Assembly (NCBI RefSeq): GCF_018977255.1
Contig: NW_024704743.1
Coordinates: 3,536,001 to 3,600,000 of the forward strand
DNA from: Callorhinchus milii
Taxonomy: Eukaryota
Direction: 5' to 3'
Length of the DNA: 64,000 nt
A model generated the notes under the pieces. The model was given only the letters and a program-made list of their open reading frames with translations, searched no databases and was not told the origin of the DNA. This document shows, piece after piece, positions 19,738 to 31,870 of this stretch. Numbering within the stretch: the first letter of the stretch is position 1; every line of letters begins with the position of its first letter. The position numbers and the translations under genes are program-made.

Positions 19738-20800
19738 ATGCATAAATAAATGATAGCTAATATATACATTAAAGAGGTAAAGGACAATAATACTTCCGAA
19801 GATTCTAATTGGAATGAAAAAGCCAGAATGGATCCAGCAGAGCTAAGAGAAAGAAAACAGCAAAAATGAGGAAATAATATTTAGTTTTGAATTTAACGGA
19901 CTCTAGTAGCATCTCATGAATTTGTTTGATGATGATGATGGGGGGGAGGGGGATGTTGGGGGGATAAAATGCCCGAAGGTATAAAGGCATATGAAAGAGG
20001 TAAGTCTTGAGGTGGACAACAACAACGACAAGAATACAGTTGTACAGCGCTTTTCACGTCGGGAGGACGTCCCAAGGCGCTGAAAGCCCTTGAAGGAGAA
20101 TGAGGGAATGGGTGAACCTAAGGGATTTCTGTATGGAAGTATTATTGTCTTTGGAAGTATTATTGTCCTTTGATTGTGACGGAAACGCTGATAACCTGAC
20201 CGCAGATGGTGTGGTGGGGGATATAAAGCAGGTTGGTGCCTGCTGACTGGAGAAAGTTACTGGGTTGGTAAGGTAAACCATATTTATATATTGGCGACTA
20301 TAACCAGAAGCTTTATCCAGAAGAGAATACTCCAATCTTAAGTCTTTAATATGTTAAAAATGGCCATGAATCTGTATGCAGCAACAGGTTATTGCATTTT
20401 CCCAAAACAAAAATAGAATGAAAATGTTGTCATTTATTATTAACACTACTTTCTATGCTCCATATAGAATGGAGACAAATGTGGCGGAAAACCCGCACCA
20501 TGTTGTGTGCCACATGCAGCGAGTAAAATTCAAATTGAGCTAGAAAAAGAGAAAGCAAAAGAAAAAAGAAAACAAATCTTTATATATTTATGCACTTTTT
20601 AAGCAAATGCATAAATGTACAACAGCTAATACAGACATTAAGGTGGGTAAAGGACAATAAAACATCCATAGATTCTAATTGGGATGAAAAAGCCAGAATG
20701 AATCCAGTAGAGCCAAGAAAGAGAAAACAGTCAAAATGACGAAATAATGCATTGTATTAAATTTAATGGAATCTTGTAGCATTTTATGAATTTGTTTGAG
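19738..20800. repeat. Local direct duplication of ~190 bp (19738-19929 and 20607-20799)
   Basis: Ungapped alignment over ~150 nt (aaggacaataa...gattctaattgg.atgaaaaagccagaatg...gaatttgtttga). Confidence 0.9.
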
Positions 20801-23309
20801 GAATTATGTTTAATTTGTCAGGTTGTTTTAGGAACCCACTGGAGCAAGCTATTCTGAAAAACCATAGTTACGATTCCAGTCATTTCTGAGTCCCCTTTTC
20901 TCTTAAACATATGAAAATATCTTGGCAAAGGAACCATTGCACTGAAAGATTAAACTTCTATTACCATTATCAATTGTCCAGCATCCCCCTAACACTGGGA
21001 ACCATTTTGAGCGATCAGCCACCAGGAAAGCAAACATTTCCCTCCTCAAAAATCAATTTTTTAAATTTCTTCTTTACACGCGGGTTCTTTACACATTGCA
21101 CAACTCACAAATTCGATTTCATTATCACAAATGTATTAATTACACTTTTATAAAAATTGAAATCTGTTCAGAAATATTGCAGAGTTGACCCCCTTTTTGT
21201 TGAAATTAGTTTTTGTCATTGGGTTCAATCGAAGGATATCTCAGTGAAGTAATATAATTCAGCACACACAAACATATCCTAATTACCATTTATCCTTCTT
21301 TGCTTTTCCCTTTTCTTCATTCTGCATCAGAACAAAGAAAGGCTTTTATAGGTTTCAATTATAATTCAGTATTGGAACATGTCTATTTATGTCTATCTAT
21401 ACTCCACACTCTCTTAATACCTGGATACCAAGGTCCAACAGGTTTTATCAGCATGCTCAATTTGCTCATGAAATTGGAAGGGAAAATACAATAAATTGGA
21501 CAAGGTGACTAATTACTCCCCTACTTACTGCTTTCACGAGATGCAAATGATTAAATGTATGCATAGTTGCATATATAAAAAAATGTAGTAGGTGCTATGT
21601 CAAATGTAAGGATTATTATTATTACCATTAACTGCCAGAGGCTAAGTGCTCTGATGAATTGTTTTTGCAAAAATTCAGAATGGGAAAACCCATTCAACCA
21701 TCAAGCCAGCTCCTTCCATAGACAACACAACAATGACTTGCGTTTATACAGCGCCCTTCATTCAGGGTAGCGTCTTAGAGTAAATTAAACTTAAAAGCCA
21801 AAGGCGTTTTCATCTTAATTAAAATGCACCATTCAATGGATGGCAATATGAAAGCCGGTATGATTGATTGAGTTGCGGAAGTGTTTGTGAATTGGAACGC
21901 TGAGAGGTTAATTTAAGATATAGTTTGTGATGTATATGAATTTCAAAACTGTTTCCAGACATCAAAAGGTGGAAAAGCCAAAGAGACAAACAGGTAACCC
22001 AAAAGGTACTGTCAAGCTTTCTGGGACGCTACCCTGCCTGAGGGGCACGATATAAATGCAAGTTGTTGTTGTTGTGGCACCGTACGTGTTTCTTGTTTCT
22101 TGCAAGGTTTACTGCAAATTCAGTTTATCCTTAATTTTCCCTGTGACTATTCGTATAAAACCAATTCATTGGTGTCCAGATAAATGAATAGTCCCAAATC
22201 ACTACGTTCTACAGTAGGCACTGGCGTTCCACGGTAAAGTCTACAATTAGGATCAATGTTTTTTACATAGCAATGAGTTTCTGGAAATTTCTAGAAAACG
22301 ATGTCCCATCTTGTGTCGTTTGTTATAACTGAACATGACACTGCTGTCTGTGGTACAGTTGTTGTTGGCTTGGCATGGTCTTGTTGGACATAAATGAGAG
22401 CGAAGAGAAATTGCAATGTCCTTCATTAATGACGATCAGTCAAATTGACGACATCCACAGCAACGCGATTACATTTGACAGAAAGTAGCATTTAAATTCA
22501 TAAACACGCCACATCCATATGGCATCTAAGTGTGACCCGCCTGAATGCGAGTCTGGTCGTGTGAATAATCCGGTTTATCAGATAATTTAGATTGGCAAAT
22601 TGACGATGCAATTGCTGAATTTCACTGTGTAACCAGAAAGGTTGACTTCCAGCCCCAAGATTAATGTCGTCCACCACTGGCTGAAGCACAAGAGGGAGCA
22701 CTTCACTACGAATTGGCTCTACTATGTTGATATTTCTGAAGAGATGTAAAACGGCAGGACTGCTGTACTTATACATCGTGCAGCGAAAAATAATACTGAG
22801 TCGGGATTGCAATTTTATTTCTTCAAACGCAGTACAGAAATATGGAAGGTGTTTGTGGATTATGGTAGTGGATTATAACACGTGCAAAATTCTTAAAGGA
22901 ATCAAGCCTTTGCCGAAATAAATAACTCAAAGGTTCCCTGGAATGAACAGAAGCTGTCCTGCGGTAAGACTGGACTAATGCTGAACAGAAGGACATAACG
23001 TAAGGCACGATTCTCTTCCTGTCCCTCGACAAATAACTGCGGTGCCAGTGTTAACGAGAGATGTAGAAATAGTGGCGTATAATTATTCAATTTTAATAAA
23101 ATAATAATCTTTGCAGTTGATGATACCGGGCGACTCGAAACATTTCACAGGATATACAGTGCTGCGTGACTATGTGTTTTGTGGTGAACCAATTCCGTGA
23201 GTTGGGCTAGAATTCTTGTTTGTGTTTGTTATAGAGAGAGAGAGAAGCATTGAGATCCACTACAATGCACATGATATGTACTGTCGTTGGTAATTTAATC
23301 ACCTTGCAA

Positions 23310-23510
23310 CAGAGTAAGAGTCGTTGCACCACCCCAACCCCCAACATTATCCCAGACACCGACACACACATGTCACTCGGCAACAATTGGGAGCAGAAAC
23401 TCTCGCCTGATGTTTTTATGTATAGGCAAGGACGAATGTAGTGCCCCTCATCAATGTCCTAGCAAGGAACAACTGACTCAGCATGGGGATCAAATCCCTG
23501 AGGGCTGTAG
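23310..23510 (-). mobile_element. Older LF-SINE-like fragment
   Basis: Reverse strand: ttgatcccc, tgctgagtcag, ggggcactaca, tttctgctcc, agtgac, tgtgtgtg in LF-SINE order. Confidence 0.5.
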
Positions 23511-24334
23511 CTCTCAATACCGATTGAACTATTGGTTTTTTTTTCAGTCAAATGATGAATTGCTGACTTCTGGTTCTCTCAGCACAACCGCCATGTTTTG
23601 CGTTTGCTGGTGCATGTGCAACCAAATAGCACTGGCTCGGAAATGGACCAGATTGATGACTTCTGTGCAGAAAGTTTCCGTGTTTCTTTTTGTGTGTGTC
23701 TGTGTGTGCGCGCGTGTGTGTGCCCACATGCACGATTATGGGCGTACACATGTATGTGAAACTACAAGTGCTCCTCGACGCTACCCCGTGTGAAGGGCGC
23801 TATATAAATGCAAACTTTTGTTTTTGTTGCTGTTGTACAAATTCTCACATTAGCCTCACAGCAAACTTTCTACCCCCACTCCCCTTCAGTTTGCACAGAC
23901 AACAAAAACAAGAACTTTATCTGGCTGTGATTATCAGTGATGAAAAATCACCACAGTAGCAACTGAGAGATGTATCACCATTGTCTCTGTGTTTCCTCTA
24001 CGAGAGGTTCGAAAAACTCATTAAAGTTTCTGAGCTGTTGGAAGAACCTGGAATGGCAAAGAAAACATTTGCTTTCCATGCCTGTCAATTTTCATTGTTT
24101 TTATTAGAATGGATTTTGCCCGTCAGTTTTTTCTCTTATATTTATTTACAGGGAAAAATCGTAGAAAAATCCTCTAGTGTCTTTATAAATACTTTAGAAC
24201 AAATTCTATAGGATTCTTAATGCAAAACAATTCTCTGGCTTCTCTTTCAGTTCTTGTCACATTTCTTTGGAGGATGGGTAAAGGTAAGAATGGAATCAAG
24301 AGATGGAGGTCAAGGGGCTTGAGGAAGCCATAGT

Positions 24335-24705
24335 GGAGTCCTGTAGTACAGTGGTTAGAGCACTCGCCTCACAAGCGAGAGACCTGGGTTTGATTCCCGG
24401 CAGGGCGAAATATTGGGTAAGTGTCCTTACTCTATATGCCTCTGTTTACCTAGCAGTAAGTAGGAACCTGGTTGTTAGTCGATTGGCGGATTGGTTTTCC
24501 AGGCATAATAATCCCTCAAAAAAATAATAATTTGATCACTCAATCCATGACTGTTTGTGGGACGCTGCTGTGCGCAAATGACTGCCGTGGTTCGCCCACA
24601 AATATACAGTCAATTCACTGTACAGTGTTTTCTGTGAAGCGCTTTGAGACGTCTCGAAGACGTGAAAAGCGTTATATCAAATGCAAGGATTATTATTATT
24701 ATTAT
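24335..24705 (+). mobile_element. Full-length tRNA(Ala)-headed Deu-domain SINE (reference copy of the dominant family)
   Basis: ggagtcctgtagtacagtggttagagc...gggtttgattcccggcag head, gctgtgcgcaaatgactgcc core, gtgaagcgctttgagacgtc...atcaaatgcaagga(tta)n tail; dozens of fragments across the window. Confidence 0.9.
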
Positions 24706-24834
24706 AGGCTTTAAGATAAGCATGTAAAAAAACGTTCGCTAGTATCAGCAAATGTGTGCTAGATTCCATTCTTGGTTTTACCCCTCTCTAAAGGTGGGAA
24801 GAAGCTTTAACAGGTTATCTCCGATTGAAATACA

Positions 24835-25425
24835 CCATCTGCGTTCTTGACTTATCCCCATCCAACCATGTAGCTTGGCCACCAAACTGCCTCTCATTCC
24901 ACTCCTACCCAGCTTTATAACACTCTCCTCCCCAGGGATAATATCCTTGTTTCAAACTAGCATTATGACTCCCCTCCTCAAGAAAACCTCACTTGCCCTC
25001 TTCATGCTCTCCATCTACCAACCTATCTCTAACCTACCATTCCTTTCCAATGTGCTGAAACTGTTTGTTGCCTCCTTCCTTTTCAACCACACCCTCTTCG
25101 AGCCTCTCTGGATCAATTTATGCCCTCCCCCCAGCACCAAGACTGCCTTGGTCAAAGTCGCCAATGGCGTTTTCTTCATCTGTGACCAGGGCTCCCTTTG
25201 TCTTCTTTTTCTCCTTGAACTCTCTGCCACTTTTGATACCGACCATTATACCATTATTCCTCCTTCTCCACTATCTCTTTGTTAAGGCATCTCCTCTCAA
25301 CCCCACATAGTCACATGTGGTGTGCTTCAGGTTCTATCCTCAGTCATCTCCTTTTCACCATCTGTACATTTGGTGACATCATCCATAGGCCTGGGGTCCA
25401 CTCCGTATGTATGCAGATGACACTT
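24835..25425 (+). mobile_element. Degraded L2 reverse-transcriptase region
   Basis: YQPISNLPFLSNVLK, STKTALVKV, LLELSATFDT, a GV.QGS remnant and YADD (tatgcagatgac ~25410-25421). Confidence 0.88.
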
Positions 25426-26469
25426 CACTATCAAGAGATGGCTTTCCGTTGCCACTGAAATAATAGTCATCTCTGCCACTACCTCTCCTTCCAGGTTGCC
25501 GAGTTCATTCCCTCAATACTGCCCTGGAGTGTCAGTATAGACCACAAAAGCAACGTTCCGATGTTGGGATTGAATCCACAATGTTCTGACACATTGGCGA
25601 GAGTGACATTGGCTGACTGAAAGTGATTTAAGATTAGATTAATGTATTGTAATAAGTACAATCTTAAATTCAGCAACTTTCTTGGTCCCTTTGGGTAGAG
25701 GATATTTGGTAACATTACCCAGACAACCAATTCTTCCACCTCTACTAAAAGCTCATTCGAGTGTACAGTTGGGATGTTTATGCTGGCCCACATAGCATTT
25801 ACACTGTACTTTGGGGGTGAGAAATCAACACAGAAATGTGTTAAAGTGGTAGGTTACTGAGCATACTTTGGCCTCCCACATGGAAGCAATTATTTAACAC
25901 TTTAATTTGCAGTGTTCCTCCTTTTTTTTTGTCTGTGTGTCAAGCTACTCTGTATGTGATCTATTTAGGTCAGTGAAATGATTGCCTCGTTATTGCTTAG
26001 ATGATTATGTGTTGCACGTCATTTCACTTGTTCAGCGATTCATGTTTAATTTATTTTGCATCGTTATCCAAATGACCCATGTATCACAATAACTTGAGAA
26101 ATTGTGTTTAGAAAATGCGATTAGCTTTGTTGTGTAGTTAGCGTCTCAGGAAACACATTTTTTTTCTGATACTGCTCTTCAGTTCAGTGCTATTTGTCCT
26201 AATAATAATAATCTTTGCATCTTTGATATAGCGCCTCATCACGTCTTCGAGATGTCTCAAAGCACTTCACAGAATATACTGTAAAGTGAATTGAGTGTAT
26301 GTTTCGTGCAGCCAATTGCGCACAGCAGTGTTCCACAAAGAGTCGTGGATTGAGTGACCACATTTTTTTAATATAGATAATTACCTTTAAAGACCTTTAA
26401 AATTATTAGCTTTAAAGATATCTTTAAATATTGAATATTGGCCAGTCTGGTTGATATTCAATAACAATG

Positions 26470-26735
26470 TTTGAATATGCAGCCCTGCCGGCAAGGTAAG
26501 CGGGCTATTCTGTCAGTGGTTTGGAGTACTGTCGATCCTCCTGGCTCAGGAGCCCAGAGCAGTACAGAGAGTTGACTCGATTCTGCCTTGCCATTGCCAA
26601 ATACGACACCTTGGAGCCAACTAGTAGACGTTTCCCCCTGAAAGACGAGAATAATTACTTGTTGTTGAATTGACAAACGACAAACACAGGTTTCAGCCCT
26701 CACTAGGTAGATAGCAGGTACCAGGAACTCCTTAT
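26470..26735 (-). mobile_element. Fragment of the 15240-16270 repeat family
   Basis: ggagtactgtcgatcctcctggctcagga and caggtttcagccctcactaggt...gtaccaggaactcct match 15510-15740. Confidence 0.65.
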
Positions 26736-26987
26736 GAGTTTCATAACATGTTCTGACAATATATTAAAGCTGTCTGGGAAAAAAAGACAGTCGGTTAAAC
26801 CTTAATCAACTCTTAGAGAATTCTCTACTGTTTCATCCAAACCTTGACAAAATGAAACGTGGTTGGCAGACATATTCAGGTGAGATAGCTTAAAAAAGCC
26901 TTGGTGCCAGACAATGTCAAAATCTTTTTTTTCAAGTCAATAAAAATGTCCTTTGTCAATTTTTTCTAAGTATTATTCTGCTAACAG

Positions 26988-27472
26988 TGTGTCAGCTTGA
27001 TTCAGTTGATAGCACTCTCGCCTCTGAATCACAAGGTTGGGACTTAATTTACAAAGGATTACAAAGACTGTACAGACGGAAACAGGCCACTCCGCCCAAC
27101 CAGTCTGTGCAGGTGTTTATACTCCACGTGAGTTTGAACTCGTATAGTTTAGACTGACACTCCAATGCTGCGCTAGGGTGCGAGGCATTGTTGGAGGTGT
27201 TGTCCTTCAGATGAGACGTGAAACCGAAGTCCAATCTACTTGTTCAGCTGAACATTAAAGATCTCATTGGCACTATTCGAAGAGAGAAAGCAGTTCTCTC
27301 AATGTCCTGGCCAACAATCCCCCAAATAAAATTGGTCATTCTCTTCACTGCTGTTTGTGGTACTTTGATGCGCAAAAACTAGCTGCTGCATTCACCTACA
27401 AAATTACACACTCACAGTCGCTTTGAAATGTCCTCCTGACGTGAAAGGTGCTGTTAAATACAAGGATGATTA
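26988..27472 (+). mobile_element. Older SacSINE1/AmnSINE-like DeuSINE with a nested CR1 tail (~27050-27130)
   Basis: tRNA head tagcactctcgcctctgaatc; Deu domain ggaggtg...cagatgagacg...aaagatc...ggcactattcgaaga...tgtcctggccaac. Confidence 0.8.
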
Positions 27473-27519
27473 TCGTGCATTACAGATGTAAAGCGCTCTG
27501 AGAAGCTACCCTGCGTGGA

Positions 27520-27845
27520 GGGGGGGCGGGGGAGTGGCGGGAATGAAATCCTGGTTTAAAGGATCACTGACTGGCATTGCAAGTGAGGTTAATCAGGGGC
27601 GGATCCGGGGAAGTGTCCTCAATTATACTTGACTCAGCGACTTTCCCAGTTATCTGTAATGACGTCAGTATTCAGCATCATTACAGACGGCATCAAATTC
27701 AAGAATTTAATTAAAAAAAGATTGCATCTATTTATCCATCACAGTCTCCCTGTCTGTCTGTCCCTGTCAGTGAGTGACAGGCTCTGATGGATACAGAGAG
27801 GTTACATCCCCCGGGGTTAATTGCTGTTGCCATATGAAACATCAT
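27520..27845. promoter_or_regulatory. Candidate enhancer or promoter: clustered TF motifs
   Basis: GC boxes (~27521, 27596), ETS GGAAGT 27609, AP-1/ARE TGACTCAGC 27630, NF-kB-like GACTTTCCC 27639, CRE TGACGTCA 27660, RFX-like GTTGCCATATGAAAC 27826; motif evidence only. Confidence 0.3.
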
Positions 27846-28039
27846 CGCGTTTCCTCTCTTGATAGTATCTCGATAGTAGCAGCGTTTTAACATTGGAATG
27901 TTAGCTTGCGAAAACTGGAAGAAATGGTTTATTCAAAAGTACAAAAAAACACTACTCTGTCTCTTATATTCTTCTATTGATTTCTTCACCAAATCCAGTT
28001 ATCGTATACCAGGCTCTGAGACCCTCTCGCCCTCTCACC

Positions 28040-28490
28040 CCCATCCTCACCCGACTCCACTGGCTTGCCGTCACACACAGTTCAAGATCCTGGTCCTCAC
28101 CTTCAAAGCCCTCTATGGCCTTTATCCTCTCTACCTCTGCGACCTCCTAAATCCCTATCAACCCGCTCCATCCGCTCAACAGGCTCCACCATGCTTCACG
28201 TCCCCTGACTTATTTGCCCCATCACTGGCAGGCAGTTCTTCTGCCACTCTGCCCTCACCCTCTGGAACTCCATCCCGCAGTCCCTCTGCCTCACCCCCTC
28301 TCTTGCCTCCTTCAAGACCCGTTTCAAGACCCTCCACTTTGACAGTGCCTTCAGTCACCCTCCTTCCCCCTCTGCCCTCCACCCTCCCCGATCCCGACCC
28401 CCAGCTTGGGTCTGAAACATTGATTGTCCAGCGCCTTGGGAAGTCCTCCCAACGTGAAAGGCGCTGTACAAATGTAATTTTGTTTTTGTA
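28040..28490 (+). mobile_element. L2 ORF2 C-terminus and 3' end
   Basis: LHWL...QFKILVLTFKALYGLYPLYLCDLL; gcgccttgggaagtcctcccaacgtgaaaggcgct tail. Confidence 0.85.
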
Positions 28491-29344
28491 TTGCCTCTTG
28501 AATTTGCAGACACAATATGCCTTTATCGCCTCCCTGGGTAGTGAATTACACATATTCACTCACTCTGTGCGTAACATAATTAAATTTAAATTATGTTTCC
28601 TTGTCAAAGGCCTGGTATAATTCCACCCTCTTGCAATCATACATTCTTTCCATAACTGTTTTCCTTTCTTATTTGGTCAGCATTATTGTATGACACACCA
28701 TTAAATATTTTGACAGCTGACGGGCCTTCTCTGTTTTCTAATATCATACATTGCTTGTATTCTCTCCGGGCCTCAATGGAACAGTGAGTATCACATACTT
28801 AATTACATATTTTAAAAAATGATAATTTGGTCGTACAATCCACGACTGTTTGTGGGGACACTACATGCAATTTCGTCCATAAAATATACAGTCACTACAC
28901 ATTACGGTATATTCTGTGAAGCGCTTTGAGATGTCCCGAAGATGTGATAAGGCGCTGTATCAAATGCTAGGATTATTATTATATATTTATTTAAATCTTT
29001 GTGGTTGTCATAAATCTCAGCACATTATTCACTTAACGGTTCTTTCACTTTAAATACAGCCAGTAGCTGTCTCGGATAATTAAAACGTTGAGCCTTTTTT
29101 CTTGAATGGTGATGCATGTGCCAATCATTTCTCATTCTGTCCTTTATAATTGATGCGTGTGCTCACATGTAGAGTCAGCTGTGTGTAGAGTTCCCAGTGT
29201 GAAAGGTGTCATCCACAAAAAAAATCACTGTCACTACACTTTACAGTATATCCTGCGAAATGCTTTGAGACAAGGTGTGAATGTATGAATATGAATGTAA
29301 GAATTTTAAGGATTATTATAATTAATTATTCAGAGGGCAATTAA

Positions 29345-29650
29345 TGCCTGCTCCACGTCCCCCGACCCACCCGCCCCACCATTGGCGGGAGAGCCTTCAG
29401 CCACTCTGCCCCCAACCTCTGGAATTTCCATCCCCCAATCACTCCGCCTCGCCATCTCCTTAGCCTCCTTCAAGTCCCGCCTCAAGATCCTCCTCTTCGA
29501 CCGTGCCATCGGCCAACCCCCTTCCTCTCCCCTCCCTTCTTCCCCCCCCCCCCCAACCCTAGCTTGGGTCTGAAATGCTGTGCTCTGTACAGCGCCTTGG
29601 GACATCCTCACGACGTGAAAGGCGCGATACAAATGTAATCTTGTTGTTGG
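29345..29650 (+). mobile_element. L2 3' end
   Basis: ggagagccttcagcc...ctggaa, FKSRLKILLF, (TTG)n tail. Confidence 0.85.
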
Positions 29651-31429
29651 TGTTGGATCTGGTTGGCAGTGAGGGCGGTTGAGGCCAGGACACAGGACTC
29701 ATTTAAAAAAGCAGCTTGTTGCCGTGATGGGAGGGGAGAGTCAGTAGGGTGGATGTTCTGGAAGGATGAGATCAAATGGGCCGAAGGGCCTTCCTTCTTC
29801 ATCCAAACTGATCTGGTGAAATTCACTTGCCCTCTGAGATAGAACATCGCACCAGGAAAGGAATGACAAAAAGAATGGCACATGCACTGCAGACATGTGC
29901 TTACCAGGACCTGAATTGAGACGTATCACCCTTGCAGAATATGAAAACATTAACCGTCAGAATGGGCTGGTGTTACAGGATACTTCTCTGCCTTCACAGC
30001 ATCACGGATTCCATTGGTTTCAGTGGAAATTCATTGATTTCTTTTTGAGAAACGTAAAGTGATTAAATGATTGTCTCAAAGGCCAAATCAATTCACATGT
30101 TATTCAGAGCTATTCACATATTAATACATTTATGAGTCAATAACAAGAGCTTTCATGTCTAGGGTTGAATAGGAAAACATGGTTTGGTGACATACCATAG
30201 CTTCCATGTTTGCCCATGTATCATTCATTTCATTTTTAGTTCATATCATTCTGTAAAAAAAGAAAGTCCTTGCATTTTATAGTGTTTTAAGATAAAAACA
30301 ACAAATTTACAATTATATATATTATTTGCATCAAGAGGACAAACCAATTGAGATCTTGAAACATCTCAAAGTACCACAGTAATTCTTGTCAAAGTGACTA
30401 TTTTTGTACTTCAACGCAGTAGTAAAGTCACAAGAACATCCATGAGGGGAAAATCAATTTTTTGGAGAGCCAAGACACAGGAAACTCCTTTCTTTTCTAA
30501 ATATTTAACTGGACATATTTAACCTGAAAACAGGTGGCACTGTCGACAACACAGCTCTCAATTATTGCTGAAGTTTCATCTTAAATTTGAACTCAAATCC
30601 TGTGGTGATGCTTGAACCCATAACCTCCTGACTCAGAAATGAGAGTGCTACCCACTGAGTTGATCCGACATCTTATCAGCAAATAGCTTTGAGACTTCTT
30701 TTAAGTGAAAGGCATTATAAGAATGTAGTTATGGCTCGCTGGTATGCCTCACTTCATTCTGTTATTATATCATAAGACGACAAGAATGATCTGGATCAAG
30801 AAGGACATTCAGCCCAACTGATCTCACCCCTCCAGAACACCCATCCAGCTCTGCTTCATTATTATATTAATAATAATAAGCCTTGCATTTGATTTGCGAC
30901 TTATCATTCTGCCTTGCAATGTGCGATCCAGTGATTCCAGACGGGGTCAAGAGTCTGCTTTGCACCTTTTATCAGGAGATTAAATGAAATGTTTTTGTCT
31001 CTACAGCTATCTCTCTCTCTCTTTCGAGCACCTGATCTTGGCTGGATTCCCAGCTCCTCCTCCTCTTTCCTCTATTTTCTCCCTCCCTCCCTTTCTATCT
31101 CCACACAATAAGAGAGGGAATGTTTGGCGAGAAGCAGTCAGAGAACCGTGTTAAAAAATAATAATAATGATAATCATAATTTGGTCACTCAATCCACGAC
31201 TGTTTGTGGGCCGCTGCTGTACCCAATTGTCTGCCGCGTTTCGCCCACAAAATATACAGTCAATCCTCTTTACAGAATACTCTGTGAAGCGCTTTGAGAT
31301 GTCTCGAAAATGTCTCTATATCAAATGCAAAGATTATTAATATTATTATCATGTCTTCGAGACGTCTCAAAGCTCTTCAAAATCAAGTTGCTTTTTGGAA
31401 GAGTCCAGTGTCCTGGCCTCAATCACCTT

Positions 31430-31730
31430 TCTTGCCCTATCTTGTCTAATCGTTGATTATATTTTGTTCTTCTAACACTGAGGATCCTCCTCATTGCTCT
31501 CCTCTGCACTGCCTCTATGGCCTGGGCAGTCCCTGTTTTGTTGCAGTGATCAGAACTGTAGGCAGCATTCAAGTTGCAGTCTGATGAGAGTACTGTACAG
31601 CATGAGAATGATGTCTGGGGATCAAACTCAACTGATTTAGCAATATAGTTGAGCATTCCTGTTGACCTTAGTTATTAATATCTCACACTATTTTGTGTGA
31701 CGATTGATTGGTCAACTAACACCTCTAGAT
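31430..31730 (-). mobile_element. Degraded CR1 ORF2 fragment
   Basis: AIEAVQRRAMRRI...YNQRLDKIG, matching CR1 LE.VQRRATR.I; sister copy at 37590-38030 (+). Confidence 0.7.
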
Positions 31731-31732
31731 CT

Positions 31733-31870
31733 CTTCTGACGAAGGGTTGTGGACCCAAAACGTTGATTCACTTTCCTTTCTCCGTAGATGCTGCCTAACC
31801 TGCCGAGTGTTCCCAGCGACTTCTGTGTTTGTTTCAGATTTCCAGCATCCACCGTATTTTGGTTTTGTTT
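31733..31870 (+). mobile_element. Penelope-like terminal repeat fragment
   Basis: tctgacgaagggttgtggacccaaaacgttg...agatgctgcctaacctgccgagt...tttcagatttccagcatc; shorter copies at 52370-52420 and ~47390-47490 (-). Confidence 0.65.

Noticed and set aside
19805..19990. LLDPFWLF..NLRK as a GPCR TM7 or GPR141 remnant
   Set aside because: Single short hydrophobic stretch, in-frame stop, no other helices, and unlike GPR141 TM7 as I recall it.
22823..23032. RLDSFKNF resembling a BIR-domain start
   Set aside because: No GF.Y or Cys/His zinc-ligand pattern follows.
24335..24410. tRNA-like sequences (also at 35364, 53415-53488, 55849, 59929)
   Set aside because: They are SINE heads: variable anticodon loops, incomplete acceptor stems, and always followed by the SINE body.
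27898..28620. Longest ORF (240 aa)
   Set aside because: Read-through of a frameshifted L2 3' end; not a gene.
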